Below, piece by piece: positions 10,121 through 18,393 of a DNA stretch of 64,000 nt. Made by a program: the position numbers and the translations under genes. The notes under the pieces were generated by a model. That model was not told the origin of the DNA and searched no databases. It saw only the letters and a program-made list of their open reading frames with translations. How positions within the stretch are numbered: the first letter of the stretch is position 1; each line of letters begins with the position of its first letter. Source of the DNA: Clostridia bacterium (GTDB taxonomy: Bacteria; Bacillota; Clostridia; Oscillospirales; CAG-272); assembly GCA_017456005.1 (NCBI GenBank), contig JAFTLJ010000037.1, positions 7,808 through 71,807 on the forward strand. The letters are read 5' to 3'.

Positions 10121-10150
10121 AAAAACAGAGGGTAACACCTCTGTTTTTCA
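10121..10150 (+). terminator. rho-independent terminator
   Basis: AAAAACAGAGG-GTAACA-CCTCTGTTTTT hairpin. Confidence 0.8.
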
Positions 10151-10250
10151 TATTTTTGCGCGGAAAAATAAAAAAATTTACAAAATATCTTTCCTTTTGG
10201 GGCGCTTTTGTGGTATGCTTATAATGCGAATAAAATTTTTGGAGGACGTT

Positions 10251-10961
10251 TTGAAAAAGAACTCTGTTTTGTATCATATTTTCGGGCTTTTCCTTGTGCC
10301 CGCGCTGCTTGTGTGTGCGTTTACCGCCGTAAGCTCTCTCGGTTATGCCAACTATGAATATCTGCCCTCTTCTTTTGAAAGAATAGGCGACGTTTTCTTC
10401 TATATTTCCACGTACGCCGTGGAAATACTGCTGTTTTTCTGCGTGGGCGCTTTCTGCTTTGCGCTGTATGAAAGAAACGCGCTTTCTGCCGTGCTTTGCG
10501 CCGTTATCTCTCTTTTCCATGCCGGCATTTTGCCTATGTGTATGTTCTTTATGCGCAGTCTTTTTCTTTCCGCATACACATCTGCTGCCGTAATGGATGA
10601 ATATTGGAGCTACGATGTATACAGTGCTATGTCCAATTCCACCCGTGTGGGCGTCGGTCTTGCCATAGCTTTGGTTGTTGCGCTTGTTTTCACGCTGAGA
10701 AAGAACAGTACGGAATTTAAAAAGCCTTATATCACCCCAAAAAGCGAGCCTGCTGTGGCGGCTATCGCATTTTTTGCGGCCACCGTTATATTTTCCACGC
10801 TTGTGTTCACTCTCGGCGGCACGTACAGCCACGATGAAATAATAGCGCTTATAACACAGATAATTTTTGCGGCCGCAGGTTATTTTGTGGTTATACTCGG
10901 GGCGTACGCTCAAAAATGTTTTGGTTCTAAATGCGTTATGGATAATTTGAATAAAAATTAA
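10251..10961 (+). CDS. polytopic membrane protein, unknown function
   Basis: TTG at 10251 lies 5 nt after GGAGG. TATAAT at 10220-10225. About 6 TM helices. Confidence 0.6.
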   Translation: MKKNSVLYHIFGLFLVPALLVCAFTAVSSLGYANYEYLPSSFERIGDVFFYISTYAVEILLFFCVGAFCFALYERNALSAVLCAVISLFHAGILPMCMFFMRSLFLSAYTSAAVMDEYWSYDVYSAMSNSTRVGVGLAIALVVALVFTLRKNSTEFKKPYITPKSEPAVAAIAFFAATVIFSTLVFTLGGTYSHDEIIALITQIIFAAAGYFVVILGAYAQKCFGSKCVMDNLNKN

Positions 10962-11000
10962 CGTTTTTTTTGCTGTATTTTACGAAAAAAAAACGCGCCA

Positions 11001-11029
11001 TTGACAAAGAAAACGAATGGGTGTAAAAT
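11001..11029 (+). promoter_or_regulatory. sigma-A type promoter for the LamG gene cluster
   Basis: TTGACA (11001-11006), 17 nt, TAAAAT (11024-11029). Confidence 0.55.
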
Positions 11030-11087
11030 AATTATAAAGCAAATTACAAAAACTTGTTTTTGTTAAAAATTCAGGAGGAAACCTACT

Positions 11088-12572
11088 ATGAAAAGAATCA
11101 TTTCACTTGTGCTCACACTCGTTATGGTTGTTTGCATGGTTGCGGCGTGCGGCGGTACAGGCACGGGCAATACAACAGGCAACACAAAGGGCACAACAGG
11201 CAGCTCTAACAGCACAACACAAACATCCCAGACAACAACACCTATCCCCGAAGAACCCAAGGACGAAAGCCTTTTGGTTTACCTCAACTTCGACTTTGAC
11301 AATCTTGTAGAAGGCGACAAGCCCTATTTCGAGGATATGTCCGGCAACGGCAACCACGCTTATATCGGCGGACGTATGGTTGTTGCAGATGGCCCTACCG
11401 ACGATCATGGCGAAGCTATCGAGCTTGACACAGTGGGCAACTACCTCACAATAAAACATAACGATATGTTCAACTTCAAAGCAGAAGATGAATATACGAT
11501 CGACTTCTGGTTCCAGGCAGACACAGAAAAGCTCTATTCTCAGCACACATGGCCCTGCCCCTTCACAAAAGGCTCTCCCAACAGCACAAGCTACTTTGGC
11601 TGCTGGATAAACGCAGGCAAGGTTTACTACGGCACGGGTACATACGATATTGAAAACAAGGTTAACGTAACAGGTAACAAAAACGCTGTTGTTGCTAGCG
11701 GTCTTGACGATAACTGGCATCACTTCATCGCTGTTCAGAAGGATGGCAAAATCTATACATACCTCGATGGCAAAGCAGGCGCAACAGAAATCGCAAAAGA
11801 CGTTTCCAACACTTGGGACTTCTATATAGGCGGTAAGGTTGGCGAAAAAGACGGTGCAGACGTTCTCCAGCAGTTCTTTGGTTGCGTAGACGAATTCAAG
11901 ATCTACAACCGCGCTCTTTCCGCAGAAGAGATCACAGGTGTTTACCCTGTTGAAAAAGACGAAAGCAAAGTGGTTGTAAACCTCGACTTTGCTGAAATCG
12001 CAGACGGCGTTATCGCAGATAAATCCGGCAAGGGCAACAATGCTACTGTTACAGGCGAAGCTGCTATCGTAGACGGCGCTGTTGTATTCGATACAGACGG
12101 CGAATACCTCACGATCGCAAGTGCAGATAACCTCAAATTCGGCGAAAACGATAACTTTATTATTGAATTCAAATACAGAATCGATGCGGCAGGCGGCTCT
12201 TGGCCTTGCATCCTTTCCAAAGGCGATAAGGGCAACGGTTGGCTCGGCGTTTGGATGAACAATGGTATTGTTTGGGGCGGCGATACAGGCAACTATATCA
12301 CAACACCCGATATGACAACAGGCGCTTGGCACACAATGCAGGTTGTAAGAGATGCTTCTGCTAAAGCTATCTACGTATTTATAGACGGCAACCTTACAAC
12401 ACAGATAACAACAGGTCTTGCATACCTCAGCGATCTCGACATCTTTATCGGCGGTAATACGTATGCCGGCAAGGGCGACAACACAACGACGAAAGTTCAG
12501 CAGTTCTTCGGTGCTATCGACGATTTCAAGATCTACAACTATGGCGAAGAAGCTCTCACATACAAAAAATAA
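11088..12572 (+). CDS. lipoprotein with two LamG / concanavalin-A-like lectin domains
   Basis: Lipobox MVAAC|GG and a Thr/Gly/Ser linker. The LamG end-motif occurs twice: FFGCVDEFKIYNRALSAEEI and FFGAIDDFKIYNY. Confidence 0.85.
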   Translation: MKRIISLVLTLVMVVCMVAACGGTGTGNTTGNTKGTTGSSNSTTQTSQTTTPIPEEPKDESLLVYLNFDFDNLVEGDKPYFEDMSGNGNHAYIGGRMVVADGPTDDHGEAIELDTVGNYLTIKHNDMFNFKAEDEYTIDFWFQADTEKLYSQHTWPCPFTKGSPNSTSYFGCWINAGKVYYGTGTYDIENKVNVTGNKNAVVASGLDDNWHHFIAVQKDGKIYTYLDGKAGATEIAKDVSNTWDFYIGGKVGEKDGADVLQQFFGCVDEFKIYNRALSAEEITGVYPVEKDESKVVVNLDFAEIADGVIADKSGKGNNATVTGEAAIVDGAVVFDTDGEYLTIASADNLKFGENDNFIIEFKYRIDAAGGSWPCILSKGDKGNGWLGVWMNNGIVWGGDTGNYITTPDMTTGAWHTMQVVRDASAKAIYVFIDGNLTTQITTGLAYLSDLDIFIGGNTYAGKGDNTTTKVQQFFGAIDDFKIYNYGEEALTYKK

Positions 12573-12670
12573 TTAAATAACATGCCCAATTTACCGATTT
12601 ACTGCGCAAAAACAGCAAATCGGTATACTGGGTTTAACTTAAAAACAAAAAATATGGAGGAATACTCACT

Positions 12671-14353
12671 ATGAAAAGAGCATTGGCTTTGCTGATGGCG
12701 CTTACAATGGTTATGTGCATGGTTGCGGCGTGCGGCGGCACGGGCGATACACCCACAACAGAACCCACAGGCACAACGGCATCTACAACTGTTCAGAGCA
12801 CTACTGTTACAACAGTTCAGACAACAGCTACAACAAAGAAACCCAGCACACCCGCAGGCCCCACTGTTGCAGACCAGGACGTAAACTCTCCTTCCGAAAC
12901 AGCGGGCAAAAACCCCATTCTTTGGCTTGACTTTGAAAAAGACAATATCAAAGACGGCGTTATCGATAACGTGGCAGGCGAAGGTCTCGATGCGATTATT
13001 ACGGGTAACCCCGAATATATGACAAGCCCCTCCGGCGGCTCTGCTATCCACTTCGGTCAGAATAAGAGCGTTTTCGATTACCTCACTATCAAAAACGACG
13101 ACAGACTCAACTTCACACTTGACGATGAGTTCACTATTGACTTTATGTACATGCTCGACAGAAATGCCGCAGGCTGGGATAACCTCTTCTCCAAGGGCTC
13201 TTCCGGCAACGGCTGGTACGGCGTATGGCTCGGTGCAAACGATAACTCTAATCAGGGCGTATGCTGGGGCGGCGACACGGGCAACAATAAAATAGGCTCG
13301 CTCTATTCCAAATATCAGTGGCACCGCATAACTGTTATTATGAAAAACCGCACTATCTACACTTACCTCGACGGTAAGGCTGTAGGTGCTTTTGCGGCTA
13401 AAGAATATACTTCCACAACAGACTTTTACATCGGCGGCAGAAACAGCTCTGATGCTTCCCCCGTTTCCACAGCACAGTTCCACGGCGCTATCGACGATTT
13501 CAAGATCTACGATTACGCTTTCGAAGCAAAAGACAGCGCTAAATCTATCCACGCGGCAGGCTACTACACATACGAATACGTAAGTGCAGACGGCACACAG
13601 AAGATGACACTTCCTTACCGCGTATACCTTCCCACAGATTTCAACGAAAACACAAATAAATACCCCGTGCTCTACTTCCTCCATGGCCATGGCGAGATCG
13701 GCACGGACAACGCAAAACAGCTCCGCGTAACAACAGTGCCCAATATCCTTCTCGACGATATAGTTGAAATGGATAATTGCATCATAGTTGCTCCGCAGAC
13801 AGTTTGCGATAGCGCTACGAACGTATACGAATGGGTTGCTTCCGGTGTTGGCGCACAGCCCGGCAGACACGTTTGGGATACAGGTATGCCCATACGCACA
13901 GGTACTTTGGAAGAAACTATCCACACTGTAGGTATGCAGGCTGCAGAAGCTCTTATCAAAGAGTTTGTTGCAGACGAAAAGAACAGAGTAGACCTTAACA
14001 GAGTTTACGTTGCAGGTATTTCCATGGGTGGCTGCGGCACATGGGAGATCATTGCGCGCAACCCCGAGCTCTTTGCGGCAGCAATTCCGCTTTGCGGCTC
14101 CGGTATTCTCAGCACAGCGGCTTCTCTCAAGGATATAGACATCTGGGCTTTCCACGGCTCTGCAGACCCCACGGTTCTTCCTGAAGGTACGAAGAAGATG
14201 GTAGATGCTATACAGGCGGCAGGCGGCACAAAGATCGTTTATACAGAGCTTGCAGGCCAGGGCCACAGCATCTGGAACCCCTCCTACACATATAAGAACG
14301 CATCAGGCGAAACACCCGCACAGTGGCTTCTTAAACAGACAAAAGCAGATTGA
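12671..14353 (+). CDS. lipoprotein: LamG domain fused to alpha/beta-hydrolase (esterase) domain
   Basis: Lipobox MVAAC|GG and a Thr-rich linker. LamG motif FHGAIDDFKIYDY. Esterase motifs YFLHGHGE, nucleophile elbow GISMGG, FHGSADPTV and GHSIW. Confidence 0.85.
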   Translation: MKRALALLMALTMVMCMVAACGGTGDTPTTEPTGTTASTTVQSTTVTTVQTTATTKKPSTPAGPTVADQDVNSPSETAGKNPILWLDFEKDNIKDGVIDNVAGEGLDAIITGNPEYMTSPSGGSAIHFGQNKSVFDYLTIKNDDRLNFTLDDEFTIDFMYMLDRNAAGWDNLFSKGSSGNGWYGVWLGANDNSNQGVCWGGDTGNNKIGSLYSKYQWHRITVIMKNRTIYTYLDGKAVGAFAAKEYTSTTDFYIGGRNSSDASPVSTAQFHGAIDDFKIYDYAFEAKDSAKSIHAAGYYTYEYVSADGTQKMTLPYRVYLPTDFNENTNKYPVLYFLHGHGEIGTDNAKQLRVTTVPNILLDDIVEMDNCIIVAPQTVCDSATNVYEWVASGVGAQPGRHVWDTGMPIRTGTLEETIHTVGMQAAEALIKEFVADEKNRVDLNRVYVAGISMGGCGTWEIIARNPELFAAAIPLCGSGILSTAASLKDIDIWAFHGSADPTVLPEGTKKMVDAIQAAGGTKIVYTELAGQGHSIWNPSYTYKNASGETPAQWLLKQTKAD

Positions 14354-14368
14354 TTTAAGTTTTGTTTC

Positions 14369-14403
14369 GGCAAAAACGCAGGAAAAATCCTGCGTTTTTT
14401 GCC
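14369..14403 (+). terminator. rho-independent terminator
   Basis: GGCAAAAACGCAGG-AAAAAT-CCTGCGTTTTTTGCC hairpin. Confidence 0.8.
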
Positions 14404-14429
14404 ATAATCCAAAGAAAGAGAGCTATATT

Positions 14430-15938
14430 ATGGAAAATGCAGAAAACGTAATGAAAAAAATACCCGCAAAAGCCACGCAGGACGAAAAAGCCCCCTGTGA
14501 AACAGTTGGCAGAGGCCCTATCGTATGGTACGATTTCGAGGGGGAAAATATGGCGGGCGGTATAGTGAGAAATATGGCGGGCGAAGGCCTTAACGCTGTT
14601 ATCACGGGCAGCCCCGTAACCATCACGAGCCCCACGGGCGCAGATGCGATACACTTCGGTCAATCGGAAGAGGTAGATTACATAACTATAAAGAACGACC
14701 CGAGGCTGAATTTTGCCATAGACGATGAATTTACAATAGATTTTTGGTATATGCTCGATGAGGGCGCCGCAGGCTGGGAAACGCTATTTTCAAAGGGCTC
14801 TAAAAACAACGGCTGGTATGGCGTTTGGCTCGGCGTGAATGATGAACCCACGCAGGGCGTGTGCTGGGGCGGCGATTCCCGTAACCGCAGAATAGGCTCT
14901 CTCTATTCCAGATTTACCTGGCACCATATCACCATCATTCAGAAAAACAGAATGATCTATACTTACCTCGACGGCGCAAAGGGCAGAAAAGTGCCTTCCG
15001 TTAACCTTAGATCCGATTCCGATTTTTACATAGGCGGCGCTTCCCACAGCGACGGTGTAAAGCAGTTCCACGGCGCTATCGATGAATTTAAAATTTACGA
15101 TTATGCTTGGGAAGACGTTAGTATAGAAAAATCTATATATGAATCAAAAGCATACGTATATGAATATAAAAACGCAGATGGCGAGGGAATGAGCCTGCCT
15201 TACCGCGTGTACTACCCCACGGGATATGAGAAAAGCGCGGAAAAATTTCCGCTTGTGCTCTTCCTCCACGGCCACGGCGAATGCGGCACGGATAACAAAA
15301 CACAGCTTCAGGTTTTCGGCAGAAACCTCTTCCTCGATGAGATAGCGGCGATGGATAATTGCCTTATTCTCGCTCCTCAGACTATCTGCGACGGCGCGAT
15401 AAACAAATATGAGTGGGTTGCATCGGGTTCCGGTAAACCCGGCATACACGTTTGGGACAGCGCTGCGGGAGGCCTCAAAATACGTGAGGGCAACGTAGAG
15501 GATATTCCGCACACGATAGGCATGCAGGCGGCGGAAGCACTGCTCTATGAGTTTATAGAGAACAACAGGGTGGATAAGGACAGGATCTACGTAGGCGGCA
15601 TTTCCATGGGCGGCTGTGCTACGTGGGAGATTTTGGCGCGCAACCCCGAGCTTTTCGCGGCGGCAGTTCCGCTTTGCGGCTCCGGCATACTCGGCTCTGC
15701 GGCCTCTCTTAAGGATATAAACATCTGGGCTTTCCACGGCACGGGCGATAAGACCGTGTGGACAGAAGGCACGGTGAAGATGGTAGAGGCTATACACGCG
15801 GCGGGCGGCAACAAGATACAGTACACACCCATAACGGAAAATTTTGGCCACAGCATTTGGAACCCCTCCTACACGGCAAAGAACGAAGCGGGCGAAACTC
15901 CTGCACAGTGGCTTTTGAAACAGAGAAAAGGAAAGTGA
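14430..15938 (+). CDS. LamG-esterase paralog without signal peptide
   Basis: Colinear with 12671..14353 from IVWYDFEGEN onward (LamG, GISMGG, FHGTGDKTV, GHSIW). First in-frame ATG after the upstream terminator is 14430. The ORF-track start at 14205 overlaps the previous gene. Confidence 0.8.
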   Translation: MENAENVMKKIPAKATQDEKAPCETVGRGPIVWYDFEGENMAGGIVRNMAGEGLNAVITGSPVTITSPTGADAIHFGQSEEVDYITIKNDPRLNFAIDDEFTIDFWYMLDEGAAGWETLFSKGSKNNGWYGVWLGVNDEPTQGVCWGGDSRNRRIGSLYSRFTWHHITIIQKNRMIYTYLDGAKGRKVPSVNLRSDSDFYIGGASHSDGVKQFHGAIDEFKIYDYAWEDVSIEKSIYESKAYVYEYKNADGEGMSLPYRVYYPTGYEKSAEKFPLVLFLHGHGECGTDNKTQLQVFGRNLFLDEIAAMDNCLILAPQTICDGAINKYEWVASGSGKPGIHVWDSAAGGLKIREGNVEDIPHTIGMQAAEALLYEFIENNRVDKDRIYVGGISMGGCATWEILARNPELFAAAVPLCGSGILGSAASLKDINIWAFHGTGDKTVWTEGTVKMVEAIHAAGGNKIQYTPITENFGHSIWNPSYTAKNEAGETPAQWLLKQRKGK

Positions 15939-15958
15939 AAACTTTCCTTTTTCTTTTT
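15927..15958 (+). terminator. rho-independent terminator
   Basis: AAAAGGAAAGT-GAAA-ACTTTCCTTTT hairpin overlapping the stop codon, followed by a T-run. Confidence 0.75.
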
Positions 15959-15972
15959 GTAAAAAAGTTTAC

Positions 15973-16083
15973 GGAACAAAAATCGTTTTAAACGATCTTT
16001 GAAATAATTATATTCGCGCTTTTCTTTGTCTTAAAGAAAAGCGCGGCAAAAGAAGAAAAACGTGCCGTTTTATCGCTTTGGTG
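15973..16083 (+). repeat. interspersed palindrome-rich element, copy A (5' module only)
   Basis: About 110 nt, by eye about 85% identical to 26690-26805 and 49215-49320. Contains hairpin AAAAATCG..CGAT(C)TTT, hairpin GCGCTTTTCTTT..AAAGAAAAGCGC, then GGCAAAAGAAG...GTTTTATCGCT. Confidence 0.8.
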
Positions 16084-16200
16084 CGCACAAATTCATTCGG
16101 TGTGAATAGCGTTGCGAACAAGTGTATTCAAAGCCCGAATATATCGACGCGTGAAAACTATAGCTAAATCCGAAACGAGTTTCTCGGAGCTTATTTTAAT

Positions 16201-16237
16201 GAAAAGAAAAACACCGTTGTTTTCCACAACGGTGTTG
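16201..16237 (-). terminator. rho-independent terminator after mgtE
   Basis: AACACCGTTGT / ACAACGGTGTT hairpin, followed on the minus strand by TTTTCTTTTC. Confidence 0.8.
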
Positions 16238-16244
16238 ATAATTT

Positions 16245-17615
16245 TCACATAAGCGCGGGTATGAATGCGGATGCAAACGTGAAATAGAGAACTATGGAAA
16301 GTGCGTCCACAATAACCGTTATAAAGGGGCTTGCCATTACGGCGGGGTCGAGGTGCACTATCTTTGCTATCACGGGAAGGAGCGCACCTACAAGCTTTGC
16401 CGCGCAAATTGTAACGACCAATGTGAGCGAAATTACGAGCGCTATCGTCACGCCGTTCGGCTCGCGGTAGAGCATATCGAGGTACATTACCTTTAAGAAA
16501 GCCACAGGGGCTATTGCCGCGCCGCAAATGAGCGAAACGCGCAGTTCCTTCCACAGAATTTTAAGCGTGTCACGCAGCTTTATTTCGCCCAAGGAAAGGC
16601 CGCGTATTATAGTAACGGAGGCTTGGCTTCCCGCGTTACCGCCCGTGCCCATTATCATGGGTATAAAGGAGTTGAGCACTATGCAGGCGGCGAGCGCTTC
16701 CTCATACATTCCCAGAATGTGCGAGGTGAACGTGGAAAGAAGCATGAGCGCTATGAGCCAAGGCGCGCGCTGCTTGAAAATTTTGAATGCACCGGAACGC
16801 AGATAGGGGCGCTCGTCCGGAGTGATAGCCGTCATTTTCTGCATATCTTCCGTTGCTTCTTCTTCGATGACCTCGATAGCGTCATCGATAGTTACTATAC
16901 CTACGAGCTTTTCTTCGGCATCCACCACGGGGATGGCGAGGTAGCCGTATTTTTTTATCTGACCTGCGGCAAATTCTTTGTCGTCGGTGGTTTTTACTGA
17001 GATTATGTTTTCGTGCATGAGGTCGCCCACAACCGTTTTTGGGTCTGCTATAAGAAGCGAGCGTGCGGAAACCACGCCCAAAAGGCGGCGGTTCTCCGTT
17101 ACGTAGCAGGTGTAGATCGTTTCTTTATCCAGCCCGACGCGGCGTATTTTTTCAAAAGCTTGCTCTACGGTTATGTTTTTGCGCAGGGAAACGTACTCGG
17201 GCGTCATTATACTGCCTGCGCTGTCCTGCGGGTATTTGAGCAGCTCGTTTATAAAGCCGCGTGTTTCACTGTCTGCGCTGCGCAGAATACGGGAAACGAC
17301 GTTTGCGGGCATTTCGCCTACGATGTCGGCGGCATCGTCTGCGCCGAGCTCGGAGAATACCTCGTTAAGCTCTTTGTCTGTAAGCCCGTGTATAAGCATT
17401 TCCTGTTCGTCACGCTCCATGGCGGCAAAAGTGTCTGCCGCTTGGTCTTTGCTAAGAAAACGGAATGCTATAATGAGCTCTTTTTGCGGCAAGCCGTAGA
17501 AGGCTTCCGCGATGTCGATGGCGTTTATTTCGGAAAAAAGAATTTTAAGCTCCTTGAAACGCCGTTCTTCTACAAGTGTTTGTATTTGTGTGTGCAGATC
17601 GAGTGTTTCTTCCAT
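16245..17615 (-). CDS. mgtE: magnesium transporter MgtE
   Basis: N-domain, tandem CBS domains and a 5-TM C-terminal domain with GTGGNAGSQ. Confidence 0.93.
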   Translation of the reverse strand: MEETLDLHTQIQTLVEERRFKELKILFSEINAIDIAEAFYGLPQKELIIAFRFLSKDQAADTFAAMERDEQEMLIHGLTDKELNEVFSELGADDAADIVGEMPANVVSRILRSADSETRGFINELLKYPQDSAGSIMTPEYVSLRKNITVEQAFEKIRRVGLDKETIYTCYVTENRRLLGVVSARSLLIADPKTVVGDLMHENIISVKTTDDKEFAAGQIKKYGYLAIPVVDAEEKLVGIVTIDDAIEVIEEEATEDMQKMTAITPDERPYLRSGAFKIFKQRAPWLIALMLLSTFTSHILGMYEEALAACIVLNSFIPMIMGTGGNAGSQASVTIIRGLSLGEIKLRDTLKILWKELRVSLICGAAIAPVAFLKVMYLDMLYREPNGVTIALVISLTLVVTICAAKLVGALLPVIAKIVHLDPAVMASPFITVIVDALSIVLYFTFASAFIPALM

Positions 17616-17848
17616 TTTTTGTGTGCGCGAATATAAAAATATTCGCTTCTCCTCTCTTTTTTTGTTTAAAGAGGCAGAAACGAATGCGCACGAAGAAAAA
17701 ACTCTTTATTTATCTTTTTGCGGTGAAAAAGAAAGAATTAAAGAGCCAACTTCGGGCATACGTACTACCGTTTCCGTTACCGGAATCCATCTTTTTCACC
17801 TCTCATATGCTTAAATTTTGTGTGGGTTTATTATACCCTAACAATTTT

Positions 17849-17877
17849 ATTTTATACCTGCGAAAAGAATTTGTCAA
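17849..17877 (-). promoter_or_regulatory. sigma-A type promoter for mgtE, giving a ~225-nt leader
   Basis: On the minus strand: TTGACA (17877-17872), 17 nt, TAAAAT (17854-17849). Confidence 0.5.
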
Positions 17878-17976
17878 GAAAAAATATTTCTTTTAAAAAT
17901 ACAAATTTCGGGTTTTTGAATACCCGAGAGAATATGTGAAACCAAAAGATATGAAATAAAAAAATCCGGAGAGTTT

Positions 17977-18162
17977 GGCGTGATACTCTTATCGGAGTAT
18001 CACGCCAGTTCTATTCGCCTGCGGCGAGTGATATTCGGTTTACGCCGAGTGGTATTCGTTTCGCGAGTTTTTGAGGCGAATAGAATATCACTGAAGCCGC
18101 AAGGCTTCAATATCACTATCGCGACAGCAATAATATCACTCCGACGAAGTCGGAATATAACT
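17977..18162. repeat. dense array of (A/G)TATCAC-core repeats and small GC hairpins
   Basis: 12-bp perfect palindrome GGCGTGATACTC/GAGTATCACGCC (17977-18006). Inverted cores GTGATATTCGG and GTGGTATTCG. Direct repeats AATATCACT at 18084, 18109 and 18132, and AATATAACT at 18154, separated by GAAGCC-GCAA-GGCTTC and CCGAC-GAA-GTCGG hairpins. Confidence 0.8.
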
Positions 18163-18163
18163 C

Positions 18164-18192
18164 TTGCTTTCTCTGCTGATTTGTAGTATAAT
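18164..18192 (+). promoter_or_regulatory. sigma-A type promoter abutting the repeat array
   Basis: TTGCTT (18164-18169), 17 nt, TATAAT (18187-18192). It is followed by a ~200-nt leader before the TTG at 18394. Confidence 0.5.
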
Positions 18193-18393
18193 AGGGCTAA
18201 TCAAAAGCCTCCCTTTACACAAGGGAGCCTCAGGATGCGTGCAACTTTAGGGGTATGGGCTTTGCCCTATGCCTTTGTAATACAAAGGCGAAACTGGCGA
18301 TAAAACAGAACGATAAATAAGAATTTGTCTAACAAGTTTTCACCGCGCCGTCGCAACAAACTGAAATCACAAAAATCGCAAAGGAGAATAACC

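Noticed and set aside
14205-14429. N-terminal extensions suggested by the ORF track: 14205 (LamG-esterase 2), 26370 (fmt), 9400 (lipoprotein 2), 42892 (MarR), 42917 (sigma), 53095 (nif3), 61694 (DUF4340-like), 3857 (rny), 30617 (gmk), 18325, 10197, 6424, 52105 and 38253.
   Set aside because: The extensions overlap upstream genes or terminators and lack an SD. Internal starts have an SD and give the canonical family N-termini or signal peptides.
17616-17842. M-box (Mg2+) riboswitch expected in front of mgtE.
   Set aside because: Only a vague GAGAGGUGA resemblance is present. The conserved M-box cores are absent and the candidate region is far too short. It is reported instead as an unexplained long leader.
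17977-18162. Possible CRISPR array, or the coding ORF 17980..18186.
   Set aside because: Repeat units are only ~9 nt with 13-16-nt hairpin-forming spacers and mixed orientations. No cas genes are present. The ORF translation (…RLRRVIFGLRRVVFVSR…) is a repeat artefact without an SD.
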